The translations under genes were made by a program, and so were the position numbers. A DNA stretch of 64,000 nt from contig NC_088797.1 in NCBI RefSeq assembly GCF_011386835.1, positions 40,486,001 to 40,550,000 of the forward strand, in the 5' to 3' direction. The notes beneath the pieces are model-generated. The model was not told the origin of the DNA. It made no database searches and saw only the letters and a list, made by a program, of their open reading frames with translations. The stretch is from Chrysemys picta bellii (taxonomy: Eukaryota). Positions 23,251-36,056 of the stretch are shown in pieces (position 1 is the stretch's first letter; the number at the start of each line of letters is the position of its first letter).

Positions 23251-24101
23251 CTCTCCTTCCCCTAGGGAGGGATCCACTTCAAAAGGCAGAACTGTCACTC
23301 ATGTCATGGCCTCGTGTGACATCACTATCCCAGGGAAGTTAGGAGCCTATGTAAGTTTGAAGATCTAGGCCTTTCTAAATACACATTTATGATGTCACCT
23401 TCATACATGCTAAAGGAGCCAGGAAGGGTAAAAACCAAACACTTTGCATTGGCTTATATGTTGCCTTTCAGTGACTTGCTCCAAGACAGCAGGAAGTTTG
23501 TGGCAAGCCAGGAACAGATCCCAGACCTCCCGGTGAGGGGTCCTGTGCAGTGTGCACTGGCCTATCCTGCAGCCTTTGCTCATGAGAGTAGTCACACAAA
23601 AATATTAGGGCTACAGCATGTGGACTCCAGTTACACCATGCGGGATGTCCAGTCTCATCAAGAGCAGAGATATAGCAGGGATATAGGCAGGATTCCTTGT
23701 GGGAATCATTATCTGTATGGACTTCTGGGGGGTTTTATGTTCTTCAGCAGCAGCCAAATCCTTCACTCATTACACAGGGAGATTTTTATTCAACCTCACT
23801 GGGAATTTTGCCTGAGGAAGAACTGCAAGATAAGGCAGCAGAGCCCAGATTTTTCCAGTCTGCTAAGGCCACTTGGTGCTGTTACGTCAACGGGGCAGGA
23901 CGGATGGAGGTGGTGGGTTGGGGCGGGCTGGGGGCTTGGTGAAGCTGAGCTCCACTGCTGTAAGTGCCCTTATGCCAGCACCACAAGTTAGAGCAGGATT
24001 CTGCTCTACATTGTGCGGAGGGCAGGCAGCCACAATCAACTCTCTGTAGCCCAGAGCAGGTTGGACACAGTGGAGAATTTGGGCCCAGATCTTCAGTAAC
24101 A

Positions 24102-24282
24102 GGGAGGGATAGCTCAGTGGTTTGAGCATTGGCCTGCTAAACCCAGGGTTGTGAGTTCAATCCTTGAGGGGGCCATTTAGGGATCTGGGGCAAAAATCAG
24201 TCTGGGGATTGGTCCTGCTTTGAGCAGGGGATTGGGACTAGATGACCTCCTGAGGTCCCTTCCAACCCTCATATTCTATAAT
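24102..24282 (+). mobile_element. tRNA-derived SINE with CR1-like 3' tail (turtle Pol III SINE type)
   Basis: A box TAGCTCAGTGG, B box GAGTTCAATCC, and tail GACTAGATGACCTCCTGAGGTCCCTTCCAACCCT...ATTCTAT. Confidence 0.9.
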
Positions 24283-24753
24283 CACAGCCACAGCCTCAGA
24301 TGGTATCAATTTGTTTAAAGCCACTAGAGTCAAGGGAGCTATACTGACTTGCTGCTGCGGATCTGGCCCCCAGATCCCTAGACCTACATCAGCCTTATCA
24401 TTGATCTATTGTGCTACAGCTGCCTACTGTGTTAGGAGTAAATTGCACTTAATGGGCTAAAGATCGGCCATTTTGTTTGCCATCCTCGTACTTGTAGCTG
24501 GCAGGCTTCCAGAGCTGACATTGTTATGGTAGCAAGCTATGTTAAGATCTGATGTCTTCAGAAAGACTATATACTAAACTGAGGCCAGGAAGAGTAATCA
24601 TGGCTTCCACATTCTTCCGTTCGCTGCAAAATGACTGAGCTAAGACAACTGATGCCAAGGCAACTAAGCTCACCAATCACATGTCCAGTATCACTGTACG
24701 TATAGCTTACAAAGTACAGTATAATCATGCTCACATAAATAAAAAAGCCTTAC

Positions 24754-24921
24754 CTGTTTTAAGGAGCCTTTTAAGGTAAGAAACATGTATGCCATGTAGC
24801 CTGGAATCAGCACCATAGACGAGAGAGCCATGAACCAGCCAACCCCTTGGCCCCATTTTGGGAAAACATAACTGCCCATCTTGAGAGGAGTCATTTGCAC
24901 AGCGCTGAAGATAAACACTCC
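24754..24921 (-). CDS. SLC6A1: GAT-1 coding exon 13 (168 nt)
   Basis: [56 protein letters not shown]. Donor CAG|GTAAGG. Confidence 0.97.
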
Positions 24922-27900
24922 CTGAAAAAAAATGGAAAAAAATAATGAGACTTCGCTGTGACCTATATTCATCTCTGTGTCTTTTAAACCACTCTGCTGG
25001 ACTTACTGGGCTCAATCCTCAGCCTGCCTCTATCCCCATGGAGAGGTGAGGAAAGGAAGGTAGGCAAAAAGTGTCCCCTTACTTCCCTGAATGAGCTACC
25101 CACATCACCAGACCCTACTTGGGGATGGGGGATAGCCATCACTGCTGCAAGGTGGAAGAACCTTGGCTCGGCCCTCTCCACCCCACACTCTGTGCCAGCC
25201 ACCACAGCTCTGCCACTGCAGAAGGGGAACTGAACTGAGGCAGGGAAACAGCTGGCATGGGTCACTTCTCCCACAGAGCTAGGGGAAAGTAGGAACCGAA
25301 TTCTGGCTGAGTTCTATTTTTGGCCCTGCCCTGCTCCAGTCCACCCCTGTGAGATGCCAAGAAGCATTAGTTTGAGGAATGGGAGGCATTTAACTGCTTT
25401 GGGCTTTTTACTGAAATACCCTGTAAAATGTTAAACAGCGTAACAGTTACTAAAAGAGATGTGAACTTGTGATGTACATAGTGGCTGCATTGGGCCAAAG
25501 TTTGACTTGTGATGACTACTAGCTCATGCCAGAAAACCAACACCCCCCTGTAGCAGGCTGACTTATCGGTCATTGTTTAGTGTCCCTTCAAAAACCTCCC
25601 AGGCAGGCTCCAAAGATGCTCCATGACCAGAGACCATGTTCTGGCCTAGGAGTTCGGCTTTGGTCTGCATGTTTTTGTGCATAAACTCCTTGACCTTTTA
25701 GCATCCTCAATGCATATTCCCTAGGCAGGTTATCTCTACTCTTAGGAATAGATCCTGGAAGGTATGCATGTGTGGAACTTAGCCAGAAGACAGAACAATG
25801 CTTTTGCAGTATATATGATGACATAATTTAAGAGAAAGGTGTTCTTTCTTTCAAATTATATTAGGCCTTTTTCAAAGCACTTGCCAGAATTTGGCCTATA
25901 GGTTTTTAATTAAACGCACTTGTTAAAAGGACAGAGCATCCTACAATTAAACAGCTTTGGCAGATATTACAGCTGTTGGCCAGGTCAGCCATAACCATTC
26001 ACTCAGGTCTAAAGCATGGCAGGTAGCATCTTAGCCCCAAAATGAAGGTATACTATGTTGACAAAAACTAACTGAAAAAGAACCATAGCTTTGGGTCAGC
26101 TACTCGCTAGTATAAAATTTCATCGCTCCATTTAAGTTGATAGAGCTATACTGATTTATACCCTCTGAGGATCTGGCCACTTATTGAAGCTATAATTGCA
26201 CATACAAAGAAAACAGGTTAGATTTTCACAAGTATGGCCAAATTTTGGTGTTTGTGCCTGCAGGGAACTGCTCATTCCCTCTTGAAACTGTGTCCCTAGT
26301 TCTTTCTTATTTCAGTTGCTGTCTATTGTATGCATTGGATTTAGGGGATAGATATATTGCATGTGATTCTTGTCAAGTTCTTACTCCTGTTCAATTACAA
26401 GAACAGAGAGAAGAGATCATGAGTGTGTGTGTCTCAGTTTGGGTGAATCTCCCAACTCAAAAATGTTTTGAAAGATGCCATTTCAACATTTTTGCAATAG
26501 AAAGTTTGGGGTTTTTCGAGTAGCAATAACTTAGTCTAACTTTCTTTTAATCCTCTGTTTGTTTAAACAGATCAAAATCAAAGCAAAACATGTCAATTGA
26601 CCTGAACTCAATGCTTTTTTGGTTTAGTGGTTCACAACAGTGAAATTTTGACTCTCCGCCCTGATTTGGGATGAGAGAATTTTTGAAATCTCCACTTCTC
26701 ACTGGACAGGGAAACAGTTTTCTGTCCAGTTCTAGTGGGAGCGCAATCTACTGAAGCTTGAGGCTAAAGTGGAGTTGTTGCAGATTTTTGTCTATATCAC
26801 AGAGCAAAACATGGAATGGAAGGCCAGCACCTCCACTCACCAGGTACAATAGGACTGACTTTTGTTGGTAAGACAGAGAAAAGTTTTCAATATACTGCAT
26901 GTGGAATACCATTTGCTTTGTACCACCCCGATGCCATCTTGTACTAATTGGACTTGCACTATCAAGTGATGTCCATCTAATCCCCCATTTATCATGTTGA
27001 AAAAATTACCTTTTGATATTTAATGCAGTCATTTTTCTATAAATTCACCAAAACAAAGTCCTTTCTTTCCTAGCCTGCTGCAAATGGCTAACGCAGCATA
27101 CCTCGGGGGCAACCTTGTTAACTGAATCAAGAAAGAAAGCAAAGCTCACTTTGCTCACAAGTTCAATCTTTATTTGCAAAGGCCACACATAGAAAGTTTT
27201 GCCAAAGAGGGAAATGTAAGATGGCAGCTTTTAGATCACATTATCATCACCTGTGAACTCAATGTGAACAATGGATTCCCAGAAATAAAGATTTTTACAA
27301 TGAAAAGCAATTATGCTCCCCTCACTCCTTCCATTGCAATTTATACAGTTCCCCAAACAATGTTTCTTTAATAATTATTTTCAGAGAATTGAGAGGTGGG
27401 TCACTGCATTTGGGGAATGGGTGAGTGCAAAATACTGGGTCAGTTCTCTTTAGTATTGTTGATCTGTTTGGCTGTGGCCTTCAGCTATTACAAATGATTG
27501 CTCATTAATCCTTTAATGAGTAAGGCACAAACTTTAACTGTACACATGCTTTATATATGATTCCAGAATCTGAATGCATGCATCTGTATGTGCGCTGTGT
27601 CTTGCACACAACCAAGAGCCAGGTTCTGATTCCCTCACTCATGGTGAGTGGTATCTAAATAATCCTTCTGGTTTCAAATAGGACCACTGGTGAAGTAATG
27701 TGTTTTTATTTCAATGTAAGGATAGCATAATCTGTCTCTGAATATGAAATAAAGAACTTCTTTCTGAATAGGTGGCATCCCATAACCTCTAATTTATACA
27801 AGAAAACCAGATAGCAACTGTTTGTAAAATAGGCATGGACTCCAGTAGCAAACTGTTAGCCTCCCAATTTGTAGAGTTATTTCTCCATCTAGGCCTTTGA

Positions 27901-28330
27901 TCCAGCTCCTATGCACATACAGCCATACACTTTATATTAAAGAATGACATTAACATGATGCTATGCTGAAGCTTACACTTCTCAGCAGTCAGGAAATCCC
28001 ATTTATTTGAAAAGTAACTTTAACTTCACCTTTTGTATTTATGCATTATGCAGTTTTCATAACATTGAACATTACATAACATTGAACAATGTGAGCTAGA
28101 GGGCTTAAAAGTCCGAATTATATGTTTTTGTAATGAGTATAGTGACTTGTTATGAGCAAGCTAATGAAAAGTCCTTTTGTAACTTGTAAAACTTTCAGAT
28201 TAATTGTAGTTTTTATAACATAATTGAAATTAAATGTAAACACATTTAAAATTAGTTTAGTGTTTCTCCCTACTAAATATAATATATGATGCAACACAAT
28301 TAAATTTTTAGCTTTTATTAATAAAATATT

Positions 28331-28493
28331 AGAAAAAGAACAGGAGTACTTGTGGCACCTTAGAGACTAACAAATTTATTAGAGCATAGACTATATGCAT
28401 CTGAAGAAGTGGGCTGTAGTCCACGAAAGCTTATGCTTATGCTTATCCTGTTCTTTTTGCGGATACAGACTAACACGGCTGCTACTCTGAAAC
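28331..28493. mobile_element. Penelope-like element pseudo-LTR fragments in inverted arrangement
   Basis: 13-bp inverted repeat AAAAAGAACAGGA (28333-28345) / TCCTGTTCTTTTT (28446-28458) plus a hammerhead-like core. Family recognised from memory, not searched. Confidence 0.7.
28397..28442 (+). ncRNA. Minimal type I hammerhead-ribozyme-like motif
   Basis: gcat-CTGAAGA-a-GTGGGC-tgta-GTCCAC-GAAA-GC-ttat-GCT-T-atgc; stems I, II and III can be drawn by hand. Confidence 0.6.
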
Positions 28494-29761
28494 CTAAAAT
28501 ATTAGATAATTTTGTTACCATATTGGCCATAACCATAAACAAAATTCATTAATTTGACCAGTAGAAAGGATTTGCTGAACCAGATGAGAAGGTTCCATCA
28601 CGTCTGCTTTTATCACTGGCTTCAATAGAGTTACTGCAGATTCACATCAGTATAACATCTAGCAGAATTTGGACCATTAACTTCAAATGGGTCTTCCTGC
28701 ATGATTCATGTGAAAATGATGTGACATTTGATTAACTATTTTTGCATCTCTACATATTCAACTCAAATTTTTAAATGTTCAGTAAGATACTTAAGCATGT
28801 GTCTGATTTTAAGCAAGAGAGTAATTTCAGTAAAGTCACAAGCTTAACGTCAGATACATGCTTACATACTTTGCTGAAATGGGTCTATGCAGTTATTAGA
28901 GATGATCAGAAAATGTTTCCTTCCCTTACCTATGAGAAACATTGATAGAAACAAAATCATTTACTTCAAAACTTTCAGCAGAAATTTTAAACTTTTAATA
29001 AAAAAGGAAAACCCCTAACGCTGAAAGCTTCTGTTTTTTTAGCTTTTGGGGTTTCTAATAAAACGTTCTTAGGAAAGTGGACACTTTTTGTGGAAATTTT
29101 TATTTTCGTCAAAACCCCAATTTTCCATTGACCAGCCCTACTGATTATGCCAGGAAAGATGAAATCATAACTCATATACACAAGTGGGCAATGTTTCAAG
29201 ATTTTTCTGCCTTATTTTTGTGGGTTTAAATCTCAATTTTAATACTGCATCAACATTGTCTTTGTGTTGCGAGCCCACAGAGACAATTAGCTTGAAGATG
29301 GGAAGGTTGAGAGAGGAACAGAAAAATGGAGGGCTGAGACCCTTCTGATGTAAGGAGACACAGCAATGTTCATTAAATATTTTCTCCTCAATTTAGCCCT
29401 CTATTTTCTCCAATTCGGTTAACCGAAACTCTTTCTAGTTAAAGAAAAGCTGCAGTTCTGCTCTCTCTGCTTATTAATCCTGAGAGAAATAAATATGGTT
29501 CATGCAGTTAAAGATACAGCTATAGTTCATGTTGCACAGAAACCATCTGGATTTGTCAGCAAAGCAGATACCAGCAGTTGATGACTCAATCTGGTGGCAC
29601 AGTCAACAGTATTCCATGAAGGAAGTGACTCCAGCTTGCAGCACTTACATATTCTGTTGTCTCTATTTGTAACACCAGTGAATGAATATAGTTTACAGGA
29701 AGTGGGAACTTTTGGGGCATTCTAGACCTTGAAACAGGACAGCCTTATGTTTAACTGTACA

Positions 29762-29935
29762 CAGGGCCGGCTCCAGACACCAATGCAGCAAGCAGGTGCT
29801 TGGGGTGGCCAACGGTAAGGGGCGGCACGTCCGGCTCTTCGGTGGCAATTCTGCAGCAAGTCCCTCAGTTCCTCTCGGAGGGAAGGACCTGCCGCTGAAT
29901 TGCTGCCGAAGAATGAAATGCTGGAGCCGGCCCTG
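29762..29935. mobile_element. hAT MITE, 174 bp
   Basis: TIR CAGGGCCGGCTCCAG / CTGGAGCCGGCCCTG; 8-bp TSD ACTGTACA. Confidence 0.92.
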
Positions 29936-30210
29936 ACTGTACAGGATATACCATACACAATTTGCCATCTCCACCATCAAGCTACTTACCACTTCTGAAA
30001 GTATAAACCCTAGAATTCTGCAAGTCATTCGTTTCTTAGACCAATTCCAAAAGATTGGCATTCCAGGGGCCTGATTCTCCTCTCTCTTATATTGGTCTTA
30101 ACGGTCAGGATTTGTATTAATGTGCTAAGATAGCATTACTATAGTCTAGCACATATTGAAGTAATTTATATCCTTCATATCACAGTATAAATAATAATTT
30201 TGTTCCTTAC

Positions 30211-30311
30211 TGCCACAATGATAGGAGTAAAGAAAGACCAGCAAAGTTTCCACCAGATGCAGGGTCTGTATCCCACCATCTCCTGGATGTTGTCATAAAA
30301 TCTGTTAACAC
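30211..30311 (-). CDS. SLC6A1: GAT-1 coding exon 12 (101 nt)
   Basis: [34 protein letters not shown]. Donor GCA|GTAAGG. Confidence 0.97.
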
Positions 30312-31264
30312 CTAGAACATAGAAATAAAAAGAAGAAATGCCAGATGATGAAAGCATAATGGGTCTGAGATAATAAAGACCCTTTTAATGCACATTCAGT
30401 AATGTGGTCAAGGAGCATTTCTCTCAAAGTCTATGAAAAACTTTGCAGTTAACTGAACAGGAGAAAAAAATGCATGCAAATGGCATGAAAAACAGGACTT
30501 TTATACATTGTTCTCATTGCATCGCACTGAGAAAGGAGGCTATGTGTCAAATCAGTGACGTTGTACCCATTGCTGCCAGCAGTCAATTTAGCTCCAGGAG
30601 TATGCTGAAAAGTTCCTTAACATCATTAGATTGCAATGACAACACTATCACCCAGGTTAGCAAAAACTCCTCAAGCTTTGTTAGAATATAAGAGACTTAG
30701 TCTGGGATTTTCTAAAGAAGCCTTCATAATCTCAGCCTTAACTAGTAGGAGAGGGAACGAGAGTGTTCTTTAATGCCTTATATGGATGCATGAGTTGCAA
30801 ACAGCAGTTTTTGTTTACATGTATGATGTACCACTATTCTGTCATCCTCCAAAAAGTGCAAACCTGCAGATCTGTGTATTGTCCTCATCTGGGATACCTA
30901 CTGTTACATTTCTTTTTTATTCATATGTTGGATTCATATGATGTATTGTTCCTTTCCATCCAAATATGGTTTATTCCTATTAAAGACCTCCAAAGCCCAT
31001 TATATGCAATGGACTCCCACTGACTTCCGTGGGCTTTTGATCAAGCCCACAATGAAAATAGAAGTTGCTAAATTGTTCCTGTCTGACACAGAAATGATGA
31101 TTGTTACCATTCTGTCTTGGACAAGCATAATGAGGCAAATGGTAGTCAGCAAAGCCCTTACGTAAAGATTCACATATGGACATGACCATTTTTGGCATAA
31201 GCATGGAACTGGGGCCTCAACTCAATATCAAACTTGCAAACACCCAGGGCAGAATATGGTATAC

Positions 31265-31599
31265 CAGGGGTCGGCAACGTTCGGCACGCAGCTTGCCAGG
31301 GTAAGCACCCTAGCAGGCTGGGCCAGTTTATTTACCTGCTGACGCGGCAGGTTCGGCCAATCGCGGCCCCCATTCACCATGGTTTGCCGTCCCAGGCCAA
31401 TGGGGGCGGTGGGAAGTGGCGTGGGCCGAGGGATATGCTGGCCGCGGCTTCCTGCTGCCCCCATTGGCCCGGGACGGCGAACCGCGGCCAATGGGGGCCG
31501 CGATCGGCCGAACCTGCCGCGTCAGCAGGTAAATAAACTGGCCCGGCCCGCTAGGGTGCTTACCCTGGCGAACCGCGTGCCGAACGTTGCCGACCCCTG
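31265..31599. mobile_element. Palindromic hAT MITE, 335 bp, CpG-rich
   Basis: TIR CAGGGGTCGGCAACGTTCGGCACGC and its reverse complement; 8-bp TSD TGGTATAC; arms complementary almost to the centre. Confidence 0.95.
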
Positions 31600-32067
31600 T
31601 GGTATACATTTTGTTGCCTTGCTTGTGCACAGGCAGCAACTTTTTTTCAGCAAGGCTTTTAATCTTCAAAAGAAAAAAAATTGGGCCAATCTGTTCTGCA
31701 TTCCTGTGTATCACTCCAGCAGCGAAGACGCAACTAGAGTTGGATTGGAAGAAAACGTCCTCATTCTAACACAGGATTACAAATAAATATGAAGACACAC
31801 ATGTAGCACTTTCCTTCACACAACTGCTGATATTATTCTCTGGGGTGTTTTAGAGAGGTGTACACCATAGACCAAATTCTACACTAAGATGTGCATAGCC
31901 TTCCAGGCCCTTGGGAGGTTGTACTCACGTGAATGAAAGCAAAATCTGCCCCCAAATTTAGGTAAACAGAATACTGAACAAAATGGGTCTTAAGCGAAAT
32001 CGGCTCATCTTTTTCACAAAACTTATAGTCTCACTACCCCATGCAGCATAAAGAGACGAACACATCA

Positions 32068-32175
<108 letters not shown>

Positions 32176-32835
32176 CTACGAGATACAAGAAACAAATGAC
32201 TGAAGTTAGCACATTTCACCTGGTATTTGTTTTGAAGACAGGTTAACATTTCTCATTAATATTTTTGTAGTTATCTATTATTATTATTTTATAATTATTA
32301 TTTAAAATTGTAGTTTATATAGTAATTTTCTGAAAAGCTATATAATGCTTAAGATTGTATTGATTTCCTTTTAAGAGATCAGTAGTTACCAAGAACTAGA
32401 ATAATGATAACTAATTAGCTTGCACATGTAAATTACAAACTCCTGATTGGCTCTGCACTCAGTAATTTTTCTGAACTAATTTGCAACCAGTCAATCATAA
32501 TAATAATAATACTTTTTTGTTTCATAGTGTTGTCATTTAAGGATTTCAAAGATCCTTAGGAACCTTGGAAGAGATTCCCAACTGCGGTAAATCAGCATAG
32601 CTCTATTTACTTCAATATGCTAATCTTTGCGTCTTGAGCAAATCTTTAGAGGGTAATGATAGTTCTTGTTGATCTCCACTTTCTGCCCTCTTTAGTAGAT
32701 TTCCTTATAAATATATTAACCTTATAGCCACAGTGGATGTTTTTTTCCATTCTTCAGCTTCTTAGTGAACTTGATTGAAATTATAAACATTGTAGGTAAG
32801 CTTGCAAAATAAAAATTCCTTTATATAAAACTTAC

Positions 32836-32967
32836 CTGAGTAATATTGGACAGTCCTATCAGATAGGAAATAACGCACACTACAGCAATGAAGATTTCTC
32901 TTCGATTGCGTAGTAACTTTGGAAATTCATCCACCAAAGCTGTTATGAATCCTTCCACAGTACAGAA
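32836..32967 (-). CDS. SLC6A1: GAT-1 coding exon 10 (132 nt)
   Basis: [44 protein letters not shown]. Donor CAG|GTAAG. Confidence 0.97.
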
Positions 32968-35194
32968 CTGCAAGTAGAGTTACAGGTTATACACAACACA
33001 ATAAAACTGCGGTGTTAGATTTAGAGCAACATTTTCAAAAGCATTCAGCGCTGCCCTCCAGCTGCTCCCATTGAAGTCAATGGAAAATTCAGTAGGTGCA
33101 GTCGTAGGCCAATGCTGTACACTTCTGAAAATCCCTTTTACTGGTTATTAAAATCTATGCAAAAAATTATCCTTCTGGCACAACTCTTACAAATTAACAT
33201 GTTTCATACGTTCAAGTGTTGTTTCTTTTGTGATGGAAGAAGTGCATACAGCCTAAGCAAACAATTGTGCATGTGCTTGATTGGGATTTCTTACACGCAG
33301 AACATTAAATAATGCATCAAATCTTGCCAGACTGGGCACCTCAATTGGAAGGTGAAAAACTCAGGGTTGGATCCTCATTTGGTGTATATCACCATAGCTC
33401 CATTCAGTCAATGGAATAATGCCAGTCTACACTAGCTGAGGATCTGAAATCCCATAGGGAAACTTAAGAAAAATTACCAATAGAAAATTATTTCCGTGAT
33501 GACAACTGAAATCATGCAAGCCTGCCGTATGTGAAGTTACAGTCGTTTTTAGAAGTGAAATCATGACTTAGCCAATATTTGCAGTTCTTCTTATTAATGA
33601 AACATTTCATGCACTATAACTGATGGAGGAGTTAGACAGAAAAAAGAAGAAAGCCTGACAGCCTGTGGACATATCTTGTTTGTAATAGTATTAGACTATC
33701 TTCCTCAGCTGTTACAGTAGCCTAGAGACAAGATCTCTCAAGAATATTTTTGACCCAATTAATTTCACAGTAGTTCCCCAGAGTGAATGTTGTGGTTTAT
33801 TGTTTTTCAATTAACTCCAGGCTTGACGAAGGAAATAGCAAAAATAAGAATCTTTGGTTTCTTTTCATATCTCTTGGCAAAATGCCTTGCTTTTCTTTTT
33901 TGTTTTTTAAACACTTCTTGGCAATGGCTGCAATCAATCAGTTTGGCTATCAGAAAAACACAGAAGTTGGTTCTAATTAATTAAAGACTATCGCAGTACT
34001 AATCATATGTAAGCAGTCCTGCAGGTTCGCATATGTACTATCAATGCCATATGATTTAGTAATCAAATGGAGAATTGTTATTTGCTAAGGCCCCTTACAC
34101 TGCAACTGTGTTTATGGATCCCTGCATCTATGATGAACTTCAGAACGGCTTTATACAGGGATTTCATGCTTGTGACCAGTGGCAGAATCATGGTCTACAA
34201 AGGTATTTTGCAAATTAATGGAATTTAGAGAAAATGAAAATACTATCACTCCTTTGGCAATTAAAATATAAGCCATCTAGTCTCTTTATGTGCTGGAAAT
34301 ATGTTCTTGTAGCTGTATGAAGTTTTCCATTTTTTTTAAGCACTCTAAGTCCCGAAAAGATTTTCTCCAAAGTGTGATTCTTTAGCATCTTGTTTTTCAA
34401 TACGGCAAACTGGCAGAACAGCCGAGCTCTGTACTGACTATTCATTCCCAGGTGAAATTCAAGATTAAGGTTAACATGTATAAAGTCCTTCCTGGTTTAG
34501 GCCCCAGTATCTCAGAGACCTGCTTCCTTTCCACACAGTACAATGACAACTGTGCTAGGCTGTCTCTCTTCTGTTTGTCCCTCGGGTGCCAGAGACAAGG
34601 TTTTTCAGTAGTAGACATTTGCCTCTTGAATTTGCACCTATGGGTTATTCTTCTAATTCTGCAATTTACTACATTTAGAATGAGATGCAACATGGCCTCC
34701 TGGTCCACATCTTCTACTAGTTGCAAGTTCTTGAGTCTCCTTCCACTTGGTTTACTAGCTAGTCTTTTCCAGCTATCAGTTTAGCTGTTAAGTCAGGCGC
34801 TGCAGGGAGCCATAGCGTATATAATTCCTTTGTCAGGAAATATTTGTTGCATCTAAACCTTTAAACTATGTCCAAATATTGCCTCAGTGATGGACACCTC
34901 AGAAATGTTGATAATCAACAATATAAAATTGTTAATAATTAAGGAGGAGGCCCTTTTGTTTGGAGAGTACATATCCTGCATACTGTACCTACTTTTGTTG
35001 TAGCCGTTGACTCTGAGGTTTGGAACTAGCAGTTCCTGTGGAAAGGAAAGTGGCTCAGTACCAGTTGCTGGCCTTCAGAATATCCCAAACCCTTAGGGCC
35101 CCTCCCCCAGCTGTCTACCCCATTGCACTAGAAGTGGTCCTGTACTCAGTGATAGCTTACAGTGTGAAATGCCCAGAAAGAGATACTGTCTGTT

Positions 35195-35292
35195 ATTAGA
35201 AAGACAAGGTGAATCACCAATAAAAGATATTTACCTCACTCACCTTGCCTCTCTAATATCCTGGCACCAACATGGCTACAACAACACTGCAT
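35195..35292. mobile_element. Short Penelope-like fragment
   Basis: aataaaagatatttacctcac resembles aaaagatattccctcacc at about 46603-46620. Confidence 0.5.
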
Positions 35293-35363
35293 ACTGTTTG
35301 TCATGTCATACATATTACAGAAAATAAAGTATTTTCAAAAGAATCAACAGTAAGCAACATTAC

Positions 35364-35476
35364 CTGGCTGTCAATTCCAAGCATAAGCAACATGGAGAAG
35401 AATAGAATTGCCCACAATGGAGAGACAGGTAACTGTGTCACGGCTTCTGGATAAGCTAAAAATGCCAGTCCAGGAC
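35364..35476 (-). CDS. SLC6A1: GAT-1 coding exon 9 (113 nt)
   Basis: [38 protein letters not shown]. Donor CAG|GTAATG. Confidence 0.97.
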
Positions 35477-36056
35477 CTGGTAACAGAAAGAAGAGATGGG
35501 TTATTAATTGTATATCTTTATTTTAGCTTTGATACAATGCAACAGGGTGGTGAAGGTATTTGCACTCTATGGTACTTCTGTTTTTGGTTTGTTTGCCAGT
35601 CTGAAGACTAATGAGGTGCAAGTTGGGGTGGGATAGCTATATCAGGGAAATAATAGAGAGAAAATAAACTCTGCTATAGAGAAAAAAGTAAGTGGTACCT
35701 CAGGTTCAAATGTTTTAAATTAGAAGTAGTTCAAAATGCTGCTCCTAAAAGGCTGCCTTCGTGAGTTTCGATACTGCAAATATGCTTGCCTCTCTGGGAC
35801 AGAATTTGCATCATCTTCAGGCTCCTTGGTGAACTATCTCTGCCTTTAACCTACACTCAAACAGTTGGTGATAGCTGTAACTACAGCCAGAACAGTCCTT
35901 AGGAAATGTGGAGACAGTTCCCCCCTGATATATGCAGAATAGATAAAAGGAATATCAAAGATAACTCTGATAGAGATGTAGATTCACTTTCCAGTATTTA
36001 GAATAGGACCATTTGCTATTTCATGGAATGATTTCTATTGCAATATACATTACTCT

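Noticed and set aside
23389-23991. 200-aa plus-strand ORF as a nested gene
   Set aside because: No recognisable motifs; it overlaps SINE and MITE relics and lacks splice or promoter support.
24102-24180. Possible functional tRNA gene
   Set aside because: The A and B boxes run straight into a CR1-like tail and no proper acceptor stem is evident, so it is a SINE head.
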